52,239 nt of DNA, from the IMG/VR virus record IMGVR_UViG_3300020045_012262, positions 1-52,239 of that record; one strand, given 5' to 3'. The translations under genes and the position numbers were made by a program. Under the pieces are notes generated by a model. The model was given only the letters and a program-made list of their open reading frames with translations, had not been told where the DNA came from and made no database searches. The stretch comes from a virus. Taxonomy: Duplodnaviria; Caudoviricetes. Positions 17,301-28,549 of the stretch are shown here, in pieces (the stretch's first letter is position 1; every line of letters starts with the position of its first letter).

Positions 17301-17512
17301 TGGCTAAAATATATGGCAAGATAGAATTCGCAAACGACTATAACAGGTCGTTTGCTGAATTTAAAGAAGACTTTGGTCAAAATTGGGTTTTCTTAGCCAT
17401 CCCACAGGAAAAAAGAGAGGCAGAATTTAGAAAAGCTTATAAAATAGCAACATCAAACAATGGCGAATTTCAACACTCAATTAAAGAAAGCAAGGAAACT
17501 GACACCAACTAG
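17300..17512 (+). CDS. Hypothetical morphogenesis protein
   Basis: TAATG coupling to the tail gene. Confidence 0.6.
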   Translation: MAKIYGKIEFANDYNRSFAEFKEDFGQNWVFLAIPQEKREAEFRKAYKIATSNNGEFQHSIKESKETDTN

Positions 17513-17909
17513 GTTAAGTAATGATTTGTTTTCATTTATAAGAAGTATTGAAGCTGAAATTGTAAAATTAAATGTTGACCAAATAAATATCAATAGTAAA
17601 GATATTTACAATAAAAATATTGGTTTTTATTCTTATGCAACTGAAATAATAACCAATGGTGCTAAATCGAAAGGTGAACCGTTTACCGGTAAAGATACAG
17701 GTGATTGGCTTGGAAGTTTTTTTGTAGATATACAAGGAAAAGCATTTCGATTGTTCGCAACAGATCCAAAAACACACCTTATTTTAGATAGTGATAATTG
17801 GCTTTCTGATGATTTGTTTGGTCTTACTGATAAAGATTTAAAGGCTTTAATCGAAAATCGGTTAAAGCCTTTCTTTATTGAAAACATACGTAACACTTTA
17901 GATATATGA
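17460..17909 (+). CDS. Tail completion/neck protein (HK97 gp10-like, tentative)
   Basis: DTG.W..S motif, size and position. Confidence 0.5.
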   Translation: MANFNTQLKKARKLTPTRLSNDLFSFIRSIEAEIVKLNVDQININSKDIYNKNIGFYSYATEIITNGAKSKGEPFTGKDTGDWLGSFFVDIQGKAFRLFATDPKTHLILDSDNWLSDDLFGLTDKDLKALIENRLKPFFIENIRNTLDI

Positions 17910-18508
17910 ATTATTTTTCACTCGATACTATACCTTATAAAACATTTATAAAGATTGCTGCAACAAATGATTTTTCATTATTGTCTGATACTGAAAAAGA
18001 TTTAACAGTTTTAGAATTAATATGGGAACAACTTTTTAAAGAACATCAGGAATACGAAAGTACACCAGAATCAAAAAAAGAATTTCGTATTAACCGTGAT
18101 GTTGATGCTTTGGAAACTGAATATACTTTTGTTTTAAACGCATGTGATGCTTTGGCATTCTCTTATGATGATGAATTAGTTCAAGAATTACGCAGTAAAC
18201 GTTATCAATTGCGTAATGATAATACTGAAAACTACTATCAAGACCTTACCAATATAAAACGCTTCGCAAAAGGCCTTAAAATAAAGATTAATTCTTTAAA
18301 ATCTCAATTACCCCCAGAAGAAAAAGATGAATCAAAAATAATTCAGCATGAATCATTGACCATTGATGATGTGATGGCCGGATATACGATGATAACCGGA
18401 TATGATTTTGACTACAATACAGTTTCATACACAAAATTTAAAGCGATTAAAAGGCAGGTTAATTTAAAAATGAAATCTATCATTGATCAAAATAACCCTA
18501 AAAAATAA
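17906..18508 (+). CDS. Tail assembly chaperone (tentative)
   Basis: Immediately upstream of the tape measure gene. Confidence 0.5.
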   Translation: MNYFSLDTIPYKTFIKIAATNDFSLLSDTEKDLTVLELIWEQLFKEHQEYESTPESKKEFRINRDVDALETEYTFVLNACDALAFSYDDELVQELRSKRYQLRNDNTENYYQDLTNIKRFAKGLKIKINSLKSQLPPEEKDESKIIQHESLTIDDVMAGYTMITGYDFDYNTVSYTKFKAIKRQVNLKMKSIIDQNNPKK

Positions 18509-18514
18509 ACCAAC

Positions 18515-21500
18515 ATGGCAAACGATGGCGTTATTACCCAAAAAGACATTATAGAAGATAAGGCTCTTACTATTGGTTCTCAATATGCAGCTAATATGGC
18601 AGAGGCTATTGCAGCCAATAAAGAATTTGTTGAATCGTTGAAAGCAATAAACAAATTGGCCAACGATTTTAAAGGAACAAAATCAAATTCAGAATATATT
18701 ACTTTAAAACAACAACAGTCTTTAGAAACTCAGAAAATGATTGATGCTATTAAGCGTCAAGAAGCGGCTGAACTTTCTATGCAAAAAATTGAAGCCGCAT
18801 CAATAGCCACCCAAAAGAAAAAACTTGAATTGGATGATAAAGAGGCATCATCAAAAAAAAGAAACACTAAATTGACTATTGAAGAACGTGTTCAGTTAGA
18901 ATTTAATAACCGTGCTTTAAAAGATGCTGCACGTGAAACGCTTGGTTTAACTGGTGCATATACTAAATTAAACAAACAGAGAACAGACGCAAAGAAAACC
19001 TTATTGGATTTATTGGCAGCTGAAACAAAAGACATTGCTGCAATTAAAGAAGCGACAAAGGCATTTGATAATTTAGATAAACGTGTTAGAATGGCCGATC
19101 AGGCCGTTGGCGATTTTCATAAATCTGTTGGTAATTACCCGAAATTAAATGCGTTTGCTGATGGACTTAAAAATTTAGTTGGTGCCTTTGGTTTAGTTGG
19201 TGGTGTAACTGCATTTGCTGCCATATTAGGAAATGCTTTTAAAACAATAAAAGAATTTGAGCAAGGATTGGCAGACTTAAGCGCTATTACTGGTGCAACC
19301 GGTAAAGACTTGGATTTTCTTAAAAACTCAGCAATTGATTTAGGTCAAAAAGTTGAAGGAGGTGCAAAAGCAGTTATTGAAGCTTATAAATTAATTGCCA
19401 GTGCAAAACCTGAGTTATTATCAAATGTAAAAGCATTGAATCAAGTGACTGAGGCAGCCGTTACTTTGGCACAAGCAGCCGGAATGGAATTGCCCGAGGC
19501 GGCCACCGCCTTAACTGATGCATTAAACCAATTTGGAGCAGGTGCCGATGAAGCACAATTATTTATTGACGCTTTGGCCAATGGTGCTAAATTTGGATCT
19601 GCTGAGATACCGCAATTAACAGAAGCCCTTTTAAAATTTGGAGCTGTTGCACGCTCATCAAATATTAGCATTCAAGAAAGTGCTGCATTAGTTGAATTAT
19701 TAGCTGAAAATGGATTAAAAGGAGCTGATGCGGGTACTGCTTTGCGTAATGTTCTTTTAAAAATATCAGCGCCAAATGCATTGCCAAAATTAGCACGTGC
19801 AGAATTTGAAAAACTTGGTATTTCATTACAAACATTGGGAGATAAAGCAATTCCAATTCAACAAAAATTAGAATTATTGAAACCATTATTAAAAGATAAT
19901 GCATCAATAGTTAAGGTATTTGGATTAGAAAACGCAACAGCTGCAATTAATGTGCTTTCTCATACTGAAAGATTGGCCGAACTTACTGGTCAAATGAAAG
20001 AAGTCGGAACTGCCGAACAACAGGCGGCAACAAGAATGGACACTTTGACAGGTAAAACTGAAATATTAAAATCAACCTATGATAGTTTGGTTTTATCTAT
20101 TGGCAAAGGATCCGGAGCAATATCACAATTCTTTTCTTTTTTTATTGATGGTGCTAAAAGTGCATTACAAGATTTGATAAGATTAAATACTTCATGGGAT
20201 GAGTTATTTGGAAAGGCAAAATTAGAAGGTGCGGCCGAGGGTGCAAAAGCTTTTGAAAAACGATTTAATTTTGCGACTTCTTTTGGATCCAAAGATTTAG
20301 AAGGAATTACTGAATCAATACGTAAAGCAGCAGTTAATCAAAGAAAAATGCTTTATGAAGAATGGGTAAAAAATCAAAAAGCATTAAAAGATTTCAATCC
20401 GTGGGCAATAAATGTTTCTGGCGTTAGTGGGAAAGATTTGAAAAAACGTAAAGAAGAACTTTTACGAGCAATTGCATTAGAAGAAGAAGTTGCTAAACAA
20501 GCTGAAGCAAAAAAACTTTCATTAAGAAAGAAAAAAGATCCAACTGCAACAGGAGGAAGTGAACCAGTTGGCCCAACTGAAAAAGAAACAAAAGAAGCAT
20601 TAAAACGCGCTAAAGAATTGAACGATGCACTTTATGAATTGGAGCGTCAGAGATTGGAGCGTATCGTTAAAATTAATGGTGAAATTGCTGATGATGAAAA
20701 ATTAAATGATGACATACGTATTGCCGGTGTTAAAAAAGCAAATGAAGCTGAAATTCAATTGGCAGAACTTACCATGAAGCATAAATTAGATGCTGATAAA
20801 TTTGTGTTGGATGAAGATAAAATGAATGCAAATCAAAAGTTATTTATTCAACGTGAAGCAGCAAATAAAATTGTTGATGTAAATAAAAAAGCCCAAAAAG
20901 ATATTGACAAAATTCGTGAATTTGATGAAGCATCATATCAAAAATCATTAGAAAAACGTGTTTCTCGTATCAACGAAAACATGAATAAGGAACTTGAACT
21001 TGAAAATACAAGGTTCAAAGAATTAGGTGATTTAGAATCAATGCATCAAGATGATCGTGAAAAACTTGTTGAAGCTCATGAAAAACGTATTTTTGAAATT
21101 AAAAAGAAAGCTGCTTTGGCATCTTTGCGCGCTCAGGCCGATACTTTACAAAACGAATTAGATGCTTCTGATTTATTACCAGATAAAGAACGATTAACTG
21201 CTGAAAAACGTCAAGAAATTGCGGAGAAACTAAGCAAAGCCAAATCAGATATTTCGGAAAAAGAACTTGAAGAATTTGATAAAAAAAATAAAAAAACATT
21301 AGATGCTGAATTAAAACTTGCCGAAGACATTAAGGCTATTTCAAATGATTTGGCAAATGCATTAGGCGATTTGGCAAATGCATTATATGAAAGAAAAATT
21401 CAGAATATTGAGGAAGAAATTGATAAAAACAATGAGTTCTACGAAAAACAAACTGAATTAGCCGGTGATGATGAAGCGCAAAAAGTATTATTAGAAAAAG

Positions 21501-22117
21501 AGCGCCAGAAAAAAGAAGATGAATTAAACAAGAAAAAACGTAAAGAACAGGAAAAACAAGCTAAATTTAATAAAGCGTTGGCAATTGCTCAGGCTGCGAT
21601 TAATTTAGGTGTTGCGGTTACAGCGGCTTTGACTGTTGCGCCTCCCGCATCTTTCGCATTTGCCGCCATTACTGCAGCAATAGCAGCCGTTCAATTAGCC
21701 GCAGTTGTAGCTACACCAATACCTAAATATAAAATGGGTAGAAAAGGCGGTAAGAAAGAAAAAGCATGGGTTGGTGATGGTGGAGTTACTGAGGTTATCG
21801 AAAGAAAATCAGGTAAAATTGAATACACTCCCAACACTGACACTTTAGTTCAGCTTTACGAAGGTGATAATGTGTATAGTTCCGTTGATAAATACAAAAG
21901 AAGTCAACGAAAAAGAATTTTACAGGATGTTGATATGGAAGCAAAAAAAATAAATGATTTTCAAAGGATGGTTATTGTAAAAGATAAAAAGGATCCTGAA
22001 CTGATAAATGAGATTCAAAAACTTAGAAAAGCAGTTGAACGAAACAAACCATTAAAAACAGATCAAAAAAATGTAGATTTGGGTCATGCTTTATGGAAAC
22101 TTAAAAATACGTTATAA
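18515..22117 (+). CDS. Tail tape measure protein
   Basis: 1200-aa Ala/Lys/Glu-rich helical protein with TP901-type core motifs (FEQGLADLSAITGAT, G.KGA.AGTALRN). Confidence 0.95.
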   Translation: MANDGVITQKDIIEDKALTIGSQYAANMAEAIAANKEFVESLKAINKLANDFKGTKSNSEYITLKQQQSLETQKMIDAIKRQEAAELSMQKIEAASIATQKKKLELDDKEASSKKRNTKLTIEERVQLEFNNRALKDAARETLGLTGAYTKLNKQRTDAKKTLLDLLAAETKDIAAIKEATKAFDNLDKRVRMADQAVGDFHKSVGNYPKLNAFADGLKNLVGAFGLVGGVTAFAAILGNAFKTIKEFEQGLADLSAITGATGKDLDFLKNSAIDLGQKVEGGAKAVIEAYKLIASAKPELLSNVKALNQVTEAAVTLAQAAGMELPEAATALTDALNQFGAGADEAQLFIDALANGAKFGSAEIPQLTEALLKFGAVARSSNISIQESAALVELLAENGLKGADAGTALRNVLLKISAPNALPKLARAEFEKLGISLQTLGDKAIPIQQKLELLKPLLKDNASIVKVFGLENATAAINVLSHTERLAELTGQMKEVGTAEQQAATRMDTLTGKTEILKSTYDSLVLSIGKGSGAISQFFSFFIDGAKSALQDLIRLNTSWDELFGKAKLEGAAEGAKAFEKRFNFATSFGSKDLEGITESIRKAAVNQRKMLYEEWVKNQKALKDFNPWAINVSGVSGKDLKKRKEELLRAIALEEEVAKQAEAKKLSLRKKKDPTATGGSEPVGPTEKETKEALKRAKELNDALYELERQRLERIVKINGEIADDEKLNDDIRIAGVKKANEAEIQLAELTMKHKLDADKFVLDEDKMNANQKLFIQREAANKIVDVNKKAQKDIDKIREFDEASYQKSLEKRVSRINENMNKELELENTRFKELGDLESMHQDDREKLVEAHEKRIFEIKKKAALASLRAQADTLQNELDASDLLPDKERLTAEKRQEIAEKLSKAKSDISEKELEEFDKKNKKTLDAELKLAEDIKAISNDLANALGDLANALYERKIQNIEEEIDKNNEFYEKQTELAGDDEAQKVLLEKERQKKEDELNKKKRKEQEKQAKFNKALAIAQAAINLGVAVTAALTVAPPASFAFAAITAAIAAVQLAAVVATPIPKYKMGRKGGKKEKAWVGDGGVTEVIERKSGKIEYTPNTDTLVQLYEGDNVYSSVDKYKRSQRKRILQDVDMEAKKINDFQRMVIVKDKKDPELINEIQKLRKAVERNKPLKTDQKNVDLGHALWKLKNTL

Positions 22118-24348
22118 TGGGAAATGTAAATCAGGGATATTTTGACAGAATAAGATACATACTTCGAAATATAAATTTCGATGATGAAGTTATTACGGAA
22201 CCCGAAGGATGGAAAAGTGATGAGGTGGAATTAGTAAGATCAAAATCATACCATGGAATTTTTCAGCAATTCTCAAATAATTTAAAATTTGTTGACAATG
22301 GTGTATCGTATATTAATACTGTACGCCAATTATACGGTATCAATGAACGAATAAAATTGATACGTGAAGAACGTAATCCAATAAGTGATATTTGGGAACA
22401 AACTTATTACGGTTTTTTGGATTTATCTACATGGGAAAGTGAAGAAGGTAAAGTTTCAGTAAAATTTAATTCGGGAGGTTTGGAACAAGCATTAAAGGCC
22501 CGTGAATCCGATATGGTTGAAATTGACAGAGAAATTACAATTGATCGATATCCAATGGATCCATTAAATCCAATTACAGTTTCAATAGATGGTCGTGAAA
22601 TATTTTTGAAATCAGATTACAAAGTTAAACCTGATGAAAATTCTATTGAAATGACAAATAATAGTAGTGCCGGAAATGTAAGAGGTTCTACAGTTGGCGT
22701 TCCATTATTTTTAGAAAGCAAATCACATGACAATGCTCAATCTGTTTTGCCAGGTGGAAATGTAGGAGATAATAGTTGGGAAAGAATAGGAGACGGTGAA
22801 GTAAGTAATTTATTTTTTGCTGTTTCTGATAGAAAAAGAATGCTTCATATTAAATTCAAAATTGATTTTACTGTCCATATAAAAGATCTTGATGATGTAG
22901 ATTTTTTTCATTTTTGGCTAAGAATAGCTCAATATGAAAATGGAACGGATTATAATTTAAAACAAAATAGATTTCTTTTTGATAAAGATAGTTATTCAGA
23001 TTTAGAGAATAAAAGATTTTCCATTTCATTTGATGAAGTAATTACAGTTGAAAAAGGTGATTCTTTAAGTTTATGTTTTGATCAAAATTATGACGGTGAT
23101 TCTTTACATTCGTCTAGATTAACAATTGAAGCAAAAGATATTGTTTGTGATAATTTTACAATTGAGGAAGACTCGTTCTTTGATAAAAGCACTACAAAAT
23201 CAGTTCTTATATATGAAATGTGTGAAAGATTACTTGAGATATGCACCAATCAAAAAAAAGCTCTTAGAAGTAATATTTTAGGACGTACAGACTTAGGTTA
23301 TGCTATTGATGGTAAATACTCATTACTTGGATTAAATCATGGGTTTTGGATTCGTGGATTTGATAAACTACCAATTCCTTCAGAAGTTCCAAAAGTGGAA
23401 AATCTTTTCAAACCATTAACTACATCATTCAAAGAAAATTTTGAATCATTGGAAGCTGTTTTTAATTTGGGTGCCGGAATAGAATTGGAAGGTAATAAAG
23501 AGATTTTACGGATTGAGGAAAAATCATTTTTCTATAATAGAAATGTTTTAATAAAATTGCCAAATCAAGTTAAAAAAGTGAAGCGTAATGAAGCTCCTGA
23601 TAGTTATTTTTCATCATTGCAATTTGGATATGAAAAAGGAGGTGATTATAGTGAAGCAATGGGATTAGATGAACCAAATGCAAAATCAAACTTTACTACG
23701 GTTATCAATGGATTGAAAAATGATTATAGTAAAATATCAAAACATCGTGCCGATGGTTACGGATTTGAATTTGCAAGAAGACAATCAGTAACACTTAACA
23801 ACACTGAAGATACAACCTATGATAATGATATTTGGTTGAATGATTTAAAACGAGGTATAAATAATGTATTTTTACAACGTAAATGGCAAGATGATTTTGA
23901 GAAACAGCCTACGGGTATTTTTAGCCCTGACACGGCTTTCAATTTGAGACTTTCACCATTTAATAATCTTCTTAGGCATGGATGGTTTTTTGGTGCAGGA
24001 TTTGATAAATATTTAAGTGATTTTGTGAGTTATTCCAGTTCAACAGCAAATTCAAAATTAAAAACTCAGTTAATTGGGAAACCAGAATATGCCGAAAACG
24101 GAATTGTTCAAAATTCAGAATTAGAAAAAGCTCGTTTTGTTTGTGAAGAAATTGAATTTGAACATGTTTGCGATTATTCAGTTATGCAACAAATAAATGG
24201 AACAACAGTAATACAAGGAAATACTGTTCGTAATATATACGGATTAATTGAATTTATAAATGAATTCAATCAAATTGAAAAAGGTTTTTTGTTGAGTTTA
24301 AAACCCACAAATGAAGGAAAATTTAGATTGATAAAATTTAATAACTAA
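22117..24348 (+). CDS. Tail tip / baseplate hub protein
   Basis: 743 aa directly after the tape measure gene; EPEGW, SLQFGY and NLRLSP motifs. Confidence 0.7.
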   Translation: MGNVNQGYFDRIRYILRNINFDDEVITEPEGWKSDEVELVRSKSYHGIFQQFSNNLKFVDNGVSYINTVRQLYGINERIKLIREERNPISDIWEQTYYGFLDLSTWESEEGKVSVKFNSGGLEQALKARESDMVEIDREITIDRYPMDPLNPITVSIDGREIFLKSDYKVKPDENSIEMTNNSSAGNVRGSTVGVPLFLESKSHDNAQSVLPGGNVGDNSWERIGDGEVSNLFFAVSDRKRMLHIKFKIDFTVHIKDLDDVDFFHFWLRIAQYENGTDYNLKQNRFLFDKDSYSDLENKRFSISFDEVITVEKGDSLSLCFDQNYDGDSLHSSRLTIEAKDIVCDNFTIEEDSFFDKSTTKSVLIYEMCERLLEICTNQKKALRSNILGRTDLGYAIDGKYSLLGLNHGFWIRGFDKLPIPSEVPKVENLFKPLTTSFKENFESLEAVFNLGAGIELEGNKEILRIEEKSFFYNRNVLIKLPNQVKKVKRNEAPDSYFSSLQFGYEKGGDYSEAMGLDEPNAKSNFTTVINGLKNDYSKISKHRADGYGFEFARRQSVTLNNTEDTTYDNDIWLNDLKRGINNVFLQRKWQDDFEKQPTGIFSPDTAFNLRLSPFNNLLRHGWFFGAGFDKYLSDFVSYSSSTANSKLKTQLIGKPEYAENGIVQNSELEKARFVCEEIEFEHVCDYSVMQQINGTTVIQGNTVRNIYGLIEFINEFNQIEKGFLLSLKPTNEGKFRLIKFNN

Positions 24349-24351
24349 TAT

Positions 24352-26439
24352 ATGGCTTATTCAAAAATAATAATAGAATTTAATACAGTTCCAATACCAA
24401 ATGAAGTATTAAATTTTACAGAAACCAACTTAGGATTGGTTTTAAACGAAACTTTCAAGGCATCAAGATTATCGTCTGGACAGGTAACATTGCCTGTATT
24501 TGTAGAAGGTCATGAAGAAATACCACCACCACATGAGGGCCATCCCGGATGGCCAGCTACTGAGGATCATTACAATGGATATACTTCTTTAAATTACAAA
24601 ACAGCATTTAATTTAGATTATAATTCTTCTGGATTGTTTACTGTTGTAAGTAATAACGGAGCTGTAGATGAAGGATTGGGTACTGTCACAATAACTGCAA
24701 ATTATCCAGGAGCTGTTTTTATTTTAAACTCATCTAATTCTGATGCGGTTATTACTATTGTAAATGAATCGGCTATTCCAGAAATTAATATAACAGATGT
24801 AAATTATTCAACAGCTACATCAAATCAATGCCAAAATGTAAAAGTTAATGTTGAAACTAATTTATTAGCAACAAAAATAATAAGTCCAATTTCAGTTAAT
24901 TCAAATACTAATAATCCATTTTCATTTGATTGGGTGAGAGGTCAAACTTTTAATGTTGTTGTGGAAGATTCTAATGGGAAACAAGCAACACAATCTGTCA
25001 CTACTCCATCAGCTTTGAATGCTTCAAATTTTACTATTCAAATTACAAATAGTCCAAGCGGAGCTACTGTAGTTATTATAGGAGTAAATAACAATGGTTT
25101 AGTATTGCAATACTCTTTGGATAATTCAACATGGCAAACATCAAATACTTTCAGCGGACTTGATGCAGGTGATTTCACATTATATGTTAAAGATCAATTT
25201 GGATGTTCATTTTCAAAACCTTTTACAATTGAAGATTTTGAAACGGATCCAAATCCATCTATAGGGTCTAAGATTCCATATTTTTATATTTCTAAATCAA
25301 ATTCATTAAGATTTGCACTTCGCCAAATTTGGAATGATATTACAGTTTTTAAAAATGACGAAAACACATTAAGTTGTGAAAGTGATGTTGTTTTACCATA
25401 TCAGGAAATTCAAGACTTTAAAACAGAAGATGTAATCACAACTCAGTTTAAATCTAATTATGCGATAAATGCCGTAAAAACAATTGATAGTAATGAAAAT
25501 GAAGTAAATGTTCCAATAATAAAAAAAAGCAATAATATTGGAATAAAAGATAAAAGACAGGCTATTAAATATAATTTAGGATCAGGACAAACAGGAATTT
25601 ATTTTACAGCGGGAAATACTTATGATTTTGATACAAATGTTGTAAATGGAACTTATGTTTTAAATGGAGGTTTGCCAGAATGGGGCCGAATAGGAAATTA
25701 TTTTCAAATTAATTCCTCATGGTTTCAAATTGAACAAATAATTTTTGATGAATCAAAAATGGCTGATGTACTTGTGACATCAAATGTTTATACAGGTGTT
25801 GACGCTTCGATAATTGTAGGGTCAATTTACAACCGTGAAAACTATGAAATTTATGAGTTTGTAATCAACATGATTGACTTTGAAGATAATTTATTCAGAG
25901 TTCAGATAAATGCAGAAAATGATTTGTTTCCTGATGTTGAATATTTAAGTGAAGAAATAAATGTTAGTGACATAGTGAGCGAGCTTTTAGAAATCAGATA
26001 TAGAAACACAACCAATACTGATATCAATTATTCAACAGGAATAGAGCATTTAATCAGGGTTCCGTTTAATAAGCTTAATGGACGATATGATGAAGAAAGT
26101 GAAACTTATAAAACTGATACAACATCAAAATTATTGAGTGCTGATTTATATGAAGTGGATGAAGTGGTTTTTGAGCCAAATACGAAAGAAATTTGGCGAA
26201 AGGTTAATATTGCCTTAACTCATGAAATTGTTTCTATAAATGGCGTAGGGTATGTGAAAAATGCAGGTTTTAATACGGATGGTCCTTTAGGAGAAACAAA
26301 TCTTTATGTTTTGACTGCTGCAATGATTAAAACAAGTAATGTTTACAATAGTGTATCAAATGCACCGTTTGAATATACTGAAGAGCCAATTGATATGCCA
26401 TCATTAATTGAAACGGATTCAGGATATTTGGAATATTAA
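24352..26439 (+). CDS. Tail structural protein with SprB-like repeat
   Basis: QYSLDN..WQTSNTFSGL.AG.FT.YVKD..GC is a SprB-type repeat. Confidence 0.7.
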   Translation: MAYSKIIIEFNTVPIPNEVLNFTETNLGLVLNETFKASRLSSGQVTLPVFVEGHEEIPPPHEGHPGWPATEDHYNGYTSLNYKTAFNLDYNSSGLFTVVSNNGAVDEGLGTVTITANYPGAVFILNSSNSDAVITIVNESAIPEINITDVNYSTATSNQCQNVKVNVETNLLATKIISPISVNSNTNNPFSFDWVRGQTFNVVVEDSNGKQATQSVTTPSALNASNFTIQITNSPSGATVVIIGVNNNGLVLQYSLDNSTWQTSNTFSGLDAGDFTLYVKDQFGCSFSKPFTIEDFETDPNPSIGSKIPYFYISKSNSLRFALRQIWNDITVFKNDENTLSCESDVVLPYQEIQDFKTEDVITTQFKSNYAINAVKTIDSNENEVNVPIIKKSNNIGIKDKRQAIKYNLGSGQTGIYFTAGNTYDFDTNVVNGTYVLNGGLPEWGRIGNYFQINSSWFQIEQIIFDESKMADVLVTSNVYTGVDASIIVGSIYNRENYEIYEFVINMIDFEDNLFRVQINAENDLFPDVEYLSEEINVSDIVSELLEIRYRNTTNTDINYSTGIEHLIRVPFNKLNGRYDEESETYKTDTTSKLLSADLYEVDEVVFEPNTKEIWRKVNIALTHEIVSINGVGYVKNAGFNTDGPLGETNLYVLTAAMIKTSNVYNSVSNAPFEYTEEPIDMPSLIETDSGYLEY

Positions 26440-26443
26440 AAAT

Positions 26444-26480
26444 AAAAACCCCTAATCATTAAGTTGATTAGGGGTTTTTT
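26444..26480. terminator. Bidirectional terminator
   Basis: aaaaacccctaatca...tgattaggggtttttt between convergent genes. Confidence 0.85.
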
Positions 26481-26482
26481 AT

Positions 26483-27199
26483 CTAATGCCATTCACCATT
26501 ATTTGGTTTTGGTTTATTTTTTTCAGGTTTATAGTTTTTAATTTCTTCAATTATGTCATTTTCAATAAATGGATTAGTAAGTTTTAATTTCCCTTCATTT
26601 ACTAACTTCATAAAATATTGTTGGCTAAAATCCGTTGGCACCTGAATAGGTCCACATCCATAAATACGATAGTTGTCATTTCTTTTTGAAAGTTTATCAT
26701 ATTGATTAGGATCAATCGGACCTGCTTCATCAAACCAATGTTTTGAAAAAACATGTCCTTCTTCTGGAATGGAAACATTTACTTTTTCTTCACTTTTATA
26801 AAATTGTTCACGTGGTTTTAAAACGTGAATAACTCCATTACTATCAATAACTGATTCAACTGCATTATCAATACCATCACAAAAATCCATAGAAAACAAA
26901 ACGTTTTCTATATTGCTTCCTGAACGTGAAGCGTAATCATGATATTTTATTAATGTATCATCAAAAATTTTGTTTTTAATTATTTTATCTGTTATTTTTT
27001 TATAATTACCATAATTTGGACTTGAATATTTAGGTGTATTTCTATAAATTCCATTTGAAATTTCAATACATTTTTGAGCCAAAATAATAGCGCTTCGAAT
27101 AACACGCTTTACAATTTTTAAAGCATTCATTTGTTTAGTAATGGTTGACTTTCTTTTTTTCTTATTCTTATGAATAGAATAGTAGTTTTGTTTTTTCAT
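26483..27199 (-). CDS. Hypothetical protein
   Basis: 238-aa ORF in the minus-strand operon. Confidence 0.65.
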   Translation of the reverse strand: MKKQNYYSIHKNKKKRKSTITKQMNALKIVKRVIRSAIILAQKCIEISNGIYRNTPKYSSPNYGNYKKITDKIIKNKIFDDTLIKYHDYASRSGSNIENVLFSMDFCDGIDNAVESVIDSNGVIHVLKPREQFYKSEEKVNVSIPEEGHVFSKHWFDEAGPIDPNQYDKLSKRNDNYRIYGCGPIQVPTDFSQQYFMKLVNEGKLKLTNPFIENDIIEEIKNYKPEKNKPKPNNGEWH

Positions 27200-27202
27200 A
27201 GC

Positions 27203-27523
27203 TTAAAATATTTGTAAATCTGTTTGGTCAAATTCCCATTCAAAAGGTTTAAAAAATGGATCGTTAGTTTGCCAATGTTGATATTTAACTATAATTGGCA
27301 TTCTTCTTACCATATGATATCTACCTTGTCTATCTTCGCAATACTCATAAGGTTCTTGACTAATTTGAATAATTCTATATTGCTTACAAAGCCCTTTAAT
27401 TATTTTTTTAGTGATTCCTTTTAAATATGGAATATATTCTTGCAAAACTTCATTTGGTTCTTTATAATTACACTCAGGTAATTTTGTTTCTAAATGACAA
27501 CTCATAACATTTCTTTTTTCCAA
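27203..27523 (-). CDS. Hypothetical protein
   Basis: Operon packing. Confidence 0.6.
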   Translation of the reverse strand: MEKRNVMSCHLETKLPECNYKEPNEVLQEYIPYLKGITKKIIKGLCKQYRIIQISQEPYEYCEDRQGRYHMVRRMPIIVKYQHWQTNDPFFKPFEWEFDQTDLQIF

Positions 27524-27699
27524 ACTCCTTTTTGAAAGGAATCAATTTTTTGTTCTGTACTTCTTTCTGTTGTGTAGTCAACTTGAATTAAATCATCAAC
27601 TAAACCAACACATTGACCAAATGCAATTTTATCTTCATCGTATTCCATGAAAACGGCATCACCTGGATTTATTTCTTTTGGGTTGCTAAATAGGTTCAT
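27502..27699 (-). CDS. Hypothetical protein
   Basis: Operon packing. Confidence 0.55.
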   Translation of the reverse strand: MNLFSNPKEINPGDAVFMEYDEDKIAFGQCVGLVDDLIQVDYTTERSTEQKIDSFQKGVWKKEML

Positions 27700-27717
27700 G
27701 ATAATAATTCAGGTGTT

Positions 27718-27936
27718 TCATAATATCATTGATTGTTGAATTATTTTTTTATCAACGACATAAGCAACGATATATTCGTTTTCACTTACTCTATTGACAA
27801 TTAAACCGTTTAAAATTACTTCCATTTCTTTTTCTGTAATGGGCGGGTAGCATGTGTTTTCTTTTAAAATATTTTCGTTTAAATCAGGTTGTTTATATAA
27901 AACAACTCTAACAATATCGCCTTCTTTATATTCCAT
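27718..27936 (-). CDS. Hypothetical protein
   Basis: Operon packing. Confidence 0.6.
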   Translation of the reverse strand: MEYKEGDIVRVVLYKQPDLNENILKENTCYPPITEKEMEVILNGLIVNRVSENEYIVAYVVDKKIIQQSMIL

Positions 27937-27939
27937 GGT

Positions 27940-28224
27940 TTAAGAATTAGGTTCGTTATTTTCTTTTAAAAATGTTTTGTAATTTTCATAAGCATGAATT
28001 TGTGTAGAAGTAATATCAGGATCGCACGGACTTTCTTCAATAAACTTTTCAGATAACAAACATCTTTGTTTCCAATAACTATCAGTATTTATTTTTGGAA
28101 GCACATAAAAAATTTCATTAGCAACTTTTTCAAAGTTATATTCAAAAACTGCATCGTTCCAATTATCTACTTCACCAGTATTGTTTTTAAGTACTTTAAG
28201 TATTTCTGTTTTAATATTCATCAT
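27940..28224 (-). CDS. Hypothetical protein
   Basis: Operon packing. Confidence 0.6.
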   Translation of the reverse strand: MMNIKTEILKVLKNNTGEVDNWNDAVFEYNFEKVANEIFYVLPKINTDSYWKQRCLLSEKFIEESPCDPDITSTQIHAYENYKTFLKENNEPNS

Positions 28225-28227
28225 TGT

Positions 28228-28443
28228 TTAATTTAAGTTATTTAAAATATCATAATGAGTTCGTTCATCGATGATGTGAATGTTTTTGTGTTCGTGGTGA
28301 TGGTGATGAACTGAATTATCTACAAAAGTATAAGTTGATTTTTTTGGCGCAGAAAACGCCAATTCAAACAGCCAAATTGCTATTTTATATCCCACATAAC
28401 CAAATATGTAAAACCCAATTCCAATTATAAAAAATACCATCAT
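28228..28443 (-). CDS. Small membrane protein with His-rich motif
   Basis: N-terminal transmembrane helix; VHHHHHEH. Confidence 0.6.
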   Translation of the reverse strand: MMVFFIIGIGFYIFGYVGYKIAIWLFELAFSAPKKSTYTFVDNSVHHHHHEHKNIHIIDERTHYDILNNLN

Positions 28444-28549
28444 AAAAGCAAAATTAATTTAAATAACAACACAAAAATTTATGTTTCCTTATTTAGAATC
28501 ATTCAATTTAATTTGAATTAATTACATTTGTAAAAATAAATCGATAAAA

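Noticed and set aside
17300-18508. Programmed tail-chaperone frameshift
   Set aside because: The ORFs overlap, but I could not identify a convincing slippery site or assign the chaperone pair.
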